Virus record (IMG/VR): IMGVR_UViG_3300033565_000003
Coordinates: 1 to 55,170 of that record
Length of the DNA: 55,170 bases
Strand: one strand, 5' to 3'
Origin: a virus
Lineage: Duplodnaviria; Caudoviricetes
Numbering within the stretch: position 1 is the first letter of the stretch; the number at the start of each line of letters is the position of its first letter. This document shows positions 52,501 to 55,170 of the stretch, piece by piece. Position numbers and translations under genes: made by a program. Under the pieces are notes generated by a model. That model was given only the letters and a program-made list of their open reading frames with translations, searched no databases and was not told the origin of the DNA.

Positions 52501-55051
52501 TCATATTGTTGATGCAATATCTGGTAAGATTATACCTTTAAGTATATGGACTAAATCTATACCTAAAGATGAATCATATATTACAACTAATGCTCCATTA
52601 TATCATTGGAATGAAAGTGAAGTTAAAGATGAATATAAGAATAAAAACTTTAGAGAAGATAGAAGAGGTAATGCACTACCACAAGACCATTATAAAGATG
52701 CAAGATGGGACTCTGTAAAAGATGATAAGTTTTACAATTCACTTATTGAAACTATTGCAGAAGTAATGGGAACTAATCGTAGAACTATTGATGAAACAGG
52801 TCTTTTACCTATAATTCCTGATTATGAAAAAACAACTAAACAATCATTAAGTGATTATTTTGGTTTAACACAAGAAAGTAATACTGATGAAGTAGAAATT
52901 GCTGGTCAGATTACACATATACTCCGAGCACCTTTTATGCAAGAACTTATTAAAGAGAAAAACTTAGAACTTCCTATACGTGGTAAGTTTGAAGATTTCT
53001 TTGTATATAAAAAGCGAGTTATTGCATTCTTTAAAGAACATAATATAGTAGCACTTGATGGTAAAGAATTTACTACATTTGCTGAAATAATTAAAGATAG
53101 ACAAGCAAGACGTGATGCTAATCTAAAAGAAACTATTGAACACAAACAATATGATCCTTATACTCTAATGAAGTCTTTTATTAATGAGGGGCTTACTTAT
53201 AAGTATCGTAAACACTTTGAACGTGAATTGTTACTTTATGATGAAGCTATTGAAAAACTTGATATTACTCGTCGTAATAAGAAAGGTCGGACCATTAAAA
53301 GTTATGCAGGTAAAATACTTAACTCTAGTTATCAAGCAGCTACTGATAATGAAAATGCAAGTAATATTCATACTGTAATTAGACAATTTATTAAAACTAA
53401 TTTCTATGATATTACTCAAGAACGTACTAATGCAGAATCAATAGCTAAAGTTGCTATGGTTATGACTAGTCTTAATTATATGGGTTTAAACTTTTCAGCT
53501 GGTTTTGCTAACTTAACAGTGTCAGAACAATTTATATTACAAGAAGCTGCTGCTAGAACTCATATTGAATTTAAAGATTGGAGATTAGCTAAAGCATCAT
53601 ATGCACATTCAATTGTTGACATGATTGCAAATTCTAAGGTTGATACTAATACAACATTAGATGGTGCAATTATGAAGAAATTAGATATAATGGACGTATA
53701 TGATGAGAAAGGAAGTGTTGTATCATCAGCTACTAAAAATACTTTAGATAGAATACTTGGTGCTAGTAGTAGTGTGATGTATTTCTTTATGAATAGTACA
53801 GAACATATAGTACAAAATACAATGGCACTTGCTATGCATACATCTCATAGGATTGTAAATGGAAAAATTAAGTCTTTCTATGAATATAAAGGAGAGTCTA
53901 AAGAAAGAATGATTTATCCACTTATGAGTGAAGCACAAAAAGCTAATCTTGCTCAATTTAAAAAGGAGTATATTATTAAACATCAACCTAAGTCTGATAC
54001 ATATATTGATTACTTAGGTGAATGGTTAAGACGTAATCAAGGTAAAGAGAATTATAATGAAATAATGGATAAATACATTGCTGAAAATAAGAATGAAGAT
54101 ACTAAATTAAAAGCTGAATTTGAAACATTTCCAACAGTTAAAGACTCAATGGTTCTTATCAATGGCAGAGCTAAATTTAAAGAAGAATCTGATGCCATTA
54201 ATAAAGAATATGATGATTTCAAAATAAAGATTAAACGTGTTAATCAAATGATGTTTGGTGTATATGATAAAATTGGTGCTAACATGATACAAACTACATG
54301 GGGAGTTTGGGGTAATATGGCTATGCAATTTCGTAAATGGCTTCGTGAGAACTGGAATAGAGCATGGGGTGCTAGTTTTGGTAAGACAGAATTTGATGAA
54401 TTTAAACGTGTTTATAATTCACCTGTATATGTTGCATGGGTTAAATTTGTAGGTGATCCTATTAAACGTAATAATCCATTTAATAATAAAGATACTACCA
54501 TATTATCTGCAATGTTTAATATATTGCATGATTATGTTAAGTTTATTGGTAATGTAAGATATTATTACAATACACTTACTGAATTAGAAAAAGCTAATAT
54601 TAGAAAGGTAAATGTACAAATGGGTGTAATACTTACGTCAATACTTGCAGTTGCTGCTTTAGTAAGACTTAAAGATGACGAAGATGAAGATGAAAACTAT
54701 CTTGCATGGTTAGGTATTTATCAAGCATTTAGATTGTATAGTGATAGTTTAGAACTTACTCCTTTTGGTTGGTTAGGTGCTAGTCAGAAAATGCTTAAAT
54801 CACCTTTTGCTTCTGTTAAAGCATTAACTGATATGGGTACATTTGCTTATAATACATTAGCATTTCCATTTAGAGATGAAGAAGAAAGATTATATCAAAG
54901 CGGTGCTAATGCAGGTAGAGATAGATTACTTACATCTGCTATTAAAGTTACACCATTACGTTCTCTGTTTAATATGCAACAAGTTCCAACATTAGTTAAC
55001 TATTATAAAATGTATACTCCATTTGATCTTAATACTAAAAGTAAAGAATAA
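40562..55051 (+). CDS. virion-packaged two-barrel RNA polymerase (phi14:2 gp66-like) fused to a large C-terminal cargo region
   Basis: Catalytic GTDFDID (D1509/D1511/D1513, nt 45086-45100) preceded by YRIP (R1471). Upstream motifs SDGISII, VKDSKYILIP, QSGNK, LGIQQ and GVQIMKI. C-terminal half has helical repeats, QFRKW and a hydrophobic segment GVILTSILAVAALV. Confidence 0.92.
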   Translation: MSCIYNYHNQTFTSKEELYIHLVAETVKHLENFTIPAKLLEDIASGALDFNDKQLTKKLIDAGISSQYASWIAALTKRSDYIKAIANPTDAIENTTPTTFIQPEFDFDERPEIAEDSELHLVETEDGVTIQGLSATGELVTVPLFNVRQNIVNTNQNLYVHNIFPNIEAQQYTFRVLANTFVRIINKVNIKLIDVEEGVNDVKTQMLDALYNAIFDEYGEHSDYMKNFITLENALKEKDSPLWISFKAHLNRYHGYKITDLNDAKDEEGMLKKSWDANYQFSVDKKTTIASEIKDLFNTSYKIVKYKVKDTDTNIDNKFEKENLDKTTWLGMPDSLQWMDYASMMLKLMADATTKEQMLERLRIMSSINKPKAKALYNIYLKLKPKLNDDGSLNEELLETWYSQFAQQHPIAILDLVQSNNNVIIHNSVISNRSTIVEFNVTDRWVKEFIGKVIDYTNSTEKNKEKHKVQAFLNEYDSLVQIINSGVFGTSITAINKFYAKLAKHLNNIGIDISAAELEYVTYKDGSPNGLKGSLLLPMGKLQQFIVNYKGDNNFESYNDLKQLALAIKLFRMDEADTSSVNANNEIEQSSFNPNFISDRIKELKNPETRVSALLKLARIPQLQHSNWLWHEPNRSNIVSGMLKYSLDDKGKRIPVFKDNKLQYNEDFVNNFDIVLYKGVKDTINNKVDEYDTFDDNARMQSDILSFFNNPRMQFTGLGLYTMRCNSDSTWTYKIYNAITDLPTAVIDFVKSDKVKEDAHTIFGTRIFKAFLNVYKQDVDEINQALALMFETNAQGLVYENGKLKIKETLDLSILDEGYHFKDKDKNGNPIILDKYGKPTGRVFKMKNLRLADGTFIQDEILALSDWNKVYTSDFTSIEIKRINTFIAQVMHETVQLGLAEFNKIKDNLLTVKSKANVNIFTEDNFEAKIATFLLNDYISNVEQGLWWEGTLSEFNTSKNDNTGYTYLDYLKRSSASTKFVQRANPSIVVNGQVRTGWKTLIVNDLEIEDILLNNKIDTVYEDLIKRKVITKDDTFNAKHLIGKVNFNTLTSAEAFVYSEIKAYKKMTLSDGISIITYNEFKNRMKAFGLIGKYKALFDKIDNGQPINSTDHSLLIESQKEFYYHRVHNATNNTFKSRLVKDSKYILIPGYEPSDQLTDLHEFMMRHGIDEVQFQSGNKIQSGQSVNIFDKKNQLKKFTTDELNHIKSRIQESHYKYLGIQQSIHSIELDSNNKLGVQIMKIIWDNISPKAIYTLNGKKITGTELFAKFGKLFSSQIRESVNQMIVEFGGKLETINGELNYVYSDEMISLTELTTYILTQAVKQGLDNNILYGLQIGENGRTNVPLSGNIHRKKILSILESVITNRIIRQVHPGPHAVLVSNAFMNDSRKYVKGSKLANKKIKFIKRIQDAIDRGERTSSLQAETLSSNGEIIIKAEVVLSPWTKYIVKDGKLLVDINDLSEDVRTMIAYRIPYEDKHSTIYLEVVGFIESGANQIYVPDEIVPRSGTDFDIDTEYLMAYNLYANSKGEIKVLKYIEDDATKQSDIYIEQWIAYKRSMFHKYGDVIPNNISEALKDKYNEFHMLLDTNITYDGDPEIKKLAFTRRKLFKQLNAERANKVPNKALIKDLKNKINIINPQIEASSEFKEYVQASKNKKLGLTTVNEQLNTLHEEIEQALINAKLLPTFNEFKTLSEEDRNTYEAKQNKMLDTMIAVISNPEHLYELRKSNVFEEIQISKEQIDNKLTLHNVEININNYTSKLKTTKSLLQTVSLKGNAVAFKSLISMLSKLDTRLSTSEDNNLGVKWKYKFSELAIPISDIIAKYGETNVQVNDFTQEVTITHLFVGNTLLNDGRNMANSQISSYLAQVVSNILDSVKFPMSYNLNGITLNLYSILPTLGVSHRITHTADENTFVNDNPFIGGDSFIHQPIILELVNKIKQTNSNTYTGSEKNKELYVIRNKYLSKLITLYNDNSKFANLSNEEGKVIDNVLHSIAGGKNIYLSDEENVPVLKKVLGFDWTEIPILSLSELTSALTDFNENTATEEQLKYQLLLLNNWTQLDKIKKALFEAIQILRQDKKEFSIADHNNVTNKINYKSNDLSLYNVVDGKAVSIYENIYENNAYPILSSIYDYAYTAANRMISPLLISESNIVQTYLNKFFEQHKIYRPDVKEKITDYLVNHILTRLPILAEIDEKEIKDRILSLGETNDLDSNMSLDEFITLNLDDKIAWYKENYANVIEINGNNNILNKITIKNKSEDIARHGYVRLEYMSDTNNNEALDSVNRIYNSNDFGKALVEDIIRYSFLTEGLTYGFNLSKTIPYTILKNYGYSELLYNVQKYLVDAQNEIDGKLTMYQLLSDPSKIQVLELENHYNDAAIRALFFENSNIINDEHFMEMIYKTNFYNNNLIPILRMSEHMEEINGAYIIGNDQIVKKNGYYSNYLTNTYVRIKSNNIRNLLQMNNNHDLFDKLELLEFGEEFDLNIHSHIQGKLSFKNVNLNDFFEGNIVAIRSPYNRNQDSRYVNLEIIDATNPKAVRVRKTSSSAAMIESLYKQLYVDDGRGRGVTMYYPIERMLPSEYGRTSIQAFKPIYNEEFYREDLMGYVLEKRKVNTKVMEHYNKIITNDNKPLQSAPLTSQSNEPVVVSNYEKAIAEALINHKVLVKTLLNKFRALDGDIITDENEATDENVAVHILTNLTKGYATLDITALAALARPTLLQGLKHTLAAATGFANTFEVTKLRRMIDNSGDDVVAYWAKIQEGGKEYNDLMTLLFSIKQFVEGYNQFTSLIEPYLPDLLAEMSEEDRVVAQQINDTIKKLSDLKGAIEKLNNTRHAAFERYANIEFRSISHNPEVTSDMINTIKNELANIFDGAYDDIGVIRLYLDSPLAVGNTIAALVIKKFLLNEHKRKRHSVELLEKFESALDNWFAVTKFTTQGMKDFSAQKDDRAKAFFNTFIDKDSGRLITEFKHTFLTDLWSMKNALQMSLEEEQHNGGKQSPNYILKEKEYHKWLRDNLSQRWTDEYLDAKESIQEILNANPNAKIFIENINDKINAITLGNRDRTDLTEEQKDMLKDYQSDIRKAASMYNEFGAFKEDSELELAKVLSAWQEARTEFYTRYHTEPTTESFDKELKLAKKIGGETLERFLANNTELRINKEFYTKQKELFEILYGIESNPELETISKTISDFKKSYPKGDYPIAVQTKLHELEQRKRDIINDDRDERLVKFTSIKNDTIYTPEWYELLRDAGLSSYLDKNIISQIDTRIKEANKIIMTVVDEYGHRNSEKLTLDQLKQLHDLLKDIKDLNSLADQGDTHESIFTLFETVYDMDAYNTSRKEVMDKKDPQLLAAWDKIFTRTVYDKEYQQKLDGLLKRIAKTNKLQQSKLDNKKKEIRDIKTYHYDVNGIVNGLTWNQNDPNDLSEVLRVKELEELDVTYIRFTPLITERVKYTKEFYDNVNSIKRAYETEINTERKEQLGKYLEESKSIKMQINEIYSVYSDNVEGRYDATDIAYDDLLALKELMKKLETLRNKYDIPKDTEQTAWIKANTRSIFHSTEYAQANRAVIEKHGKDSDYYKAWVDVNSTLDYATYHDTLNDMLYDIIKEELRNKAIALSLDPNTVTDEQIQKVVKANRIDLSPEGKAVYKKYGGYEKMDYNTLTDKERVAVDTFIRYDANNKPHKFTSTGLIATVDDDIVYKDVISEYVEKWSIAHAKVKSANTTYVFRDNYIAKLKELAQHNRVFQDVLNAIFDYEKTFDNNALETNIYYYGSIIFDDATISNEDKAWFMQVHRITNTGEGALPRGYYMKSVPRTGTYFTPNSFIWHEFTPINDKYIDKAAQELNDIMQTTVTEYYQQAKAASKLLPKDKQREWFNNNHIWNEFTQQYVPISIWTKRTPRPTANGDGTYNTHITTVPNKQFYGYGKLDLTHPEARRLHHKYKDKAKTDARKELNDLSETKTTPLYEYIKNTMKNGDPKLYNEWFARNHIVDAISGKIIPLSIWTKSIPKDESYITTNAPLYHWNESEVKDEYKNKNFREDRRGNALPQDHYKDARWDSVKDDKFYNSLIETIAEVMGTNRRTIDETGLLPIIPDYEKTTKQSLSDYFGLTQESNTDEVEIAGQITHILRAPFMQELIKEKNLELPIRGKFEDFFVYKKRVIAFFKEHNIVALDGKEFTTFAEIIKDRQARRDANLKETIEHKQYDPYTLMKSFINEGLTYKYRKHFERELLLYDEAIEKLDITRRNKKGRTIKSYAGKILNSSYQAATDNENASNIHTVIRQFIKTNFYDITQERTNAESIAKVAMVMTSLNYMGLNFSAGFANLTVSEQFILQEAAARTHIEFKDWRLAKASYAHSIVDMIANSKVDTNTTLDGAIMKKLDIMDVYDEKGSVVSSATKNTLDRILGASSSVMYFFMNSTEHIVQNTMALAMHTSHRIVNGKIKSFYEYKGESKERMIYPLMSEAQKANLAQFKKEYIIKHQPKSDTYIDYLGEWLRRNQGKENYNEIMDKYIAENKNEDTKLKAEFETFPTVKDSMVLINGRAKFKEESDAINKEYDDFKIKIKRVNQMMFGVYDKIGANMIQTTWGVWGNMAMQFRKWLRENWNRAWGASFGKTEFDEFKRVYNSPVYVAWVKFVGDPIKRNNPFNNKDTTILSAMFNILHDYVKFIGNVRYYYNTLTELEKANIRKVNVQMGVILTSILAVAALVRLKDDEDEDENYLAWLGIYQAFRLYSDSLELTPFGWLGASQKMLKSPFASVKALTDMGTFAYNTLAFPFRDEEERLYQSGANAGRDRLLTSAIKVTPLRSLFNMQQVPTLVNYYKMYTPFDLNTKSKE

Positions 55052-55084
55052 CCTACTGACGGTTAAGATAGAAAAAAGGGGTTT

Positions 55085-55128
55085 AAGCACGAAGGGACTA
55101 GTGATTGTACTAGTCCTTTCATGCTTTT
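55085..55128 (+). terminator. strong intrinsic terminator at the end of the late block
   Basis: AAGCA-C-GAAGGGACTAGT-GATTGT-ACTAGTCCTTTC-A-TGCTT followed by TT, a long stem with a 6-nt loop, 33 nt after the RNAP stop. Confidence 0.8.
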
Positions 55129-55170
55129 AATACTCACCAAGCCAGTCCTTTCTCCTATGGGGTAATAGAT

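Noticed and set aside
1229-54328. Numerous 60-124 aa alternative-frame and minus-strand ORFs in the supplied track
   Set aside because: They lie within long, motif-supported genes and have the Leu/Ile/Met- or Phe/Ser-rich composition expected of shadow frames in AT-rich DNA.
391-55051. Stop-codon reassignment (TAG or TGA), known in some crAss-like phages
   Set aside because: All genes are full length in the standard code. Stops are TAA except two TGA (16109-16111 and 33294-33296) that overlap downstream starts. No gene is fragmented by in-frame TAG or TGA, so there is no positive evidence.
1-55170. tRNA, rRNA, introns, inteins or homing endonucleases
   Set aside because: Intergenic gaps are short and lack cloverleaf features. 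No intein splice motifs or HNH/LAGLIDADG/GIY-YIG motifs were recognised by eye.

Overview
The window is the virion (late) gene block of an AT-rich crAss-like phage (Crassvirales, Bacteroidota host inferred). Essentially all real genes are on the + strand, tightly packed, in the standard genetic code and without obvious Shine-Dalgarno motifs. Gene order: terminase large subunit, portal, scaffold-like protein, major capsid protein, conserved crAss structural and ring proteins with an IHF/HU-like gene, a ~10 kb accessory cluster (tail/head fibres, two signal-peptide proteins, holin-like membrane proteins, one compositionally foreign gene), the muzzle/tail-stabilisation protein, four cargo (ejection) proteins, then a strong hairpin terminator. 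The last two cargo proteins are a 2408-aa zincin plus PD-(D/E)xK nuclease protein and a 4829-aa virion RNA polymerase (DFDID) fused to a repeat-containing, membrane-anchored region. The most striking observation is that the four cargo proteins (~8,700 aa) contain only three Cys by manual scan, two of them facing each other at the C-terminus of the 2408-aa protein and the N-terminus of the RNAP. Other highlights are Sec-type signal peptides on fibre-like proteins, a repeated LKLxLPV motif at both ends of the scaffold-like protein, and evenly spaced (N/D)GG motifs in a cargo protein. Family assignments come from motif recognition and synteny, not from database searches.
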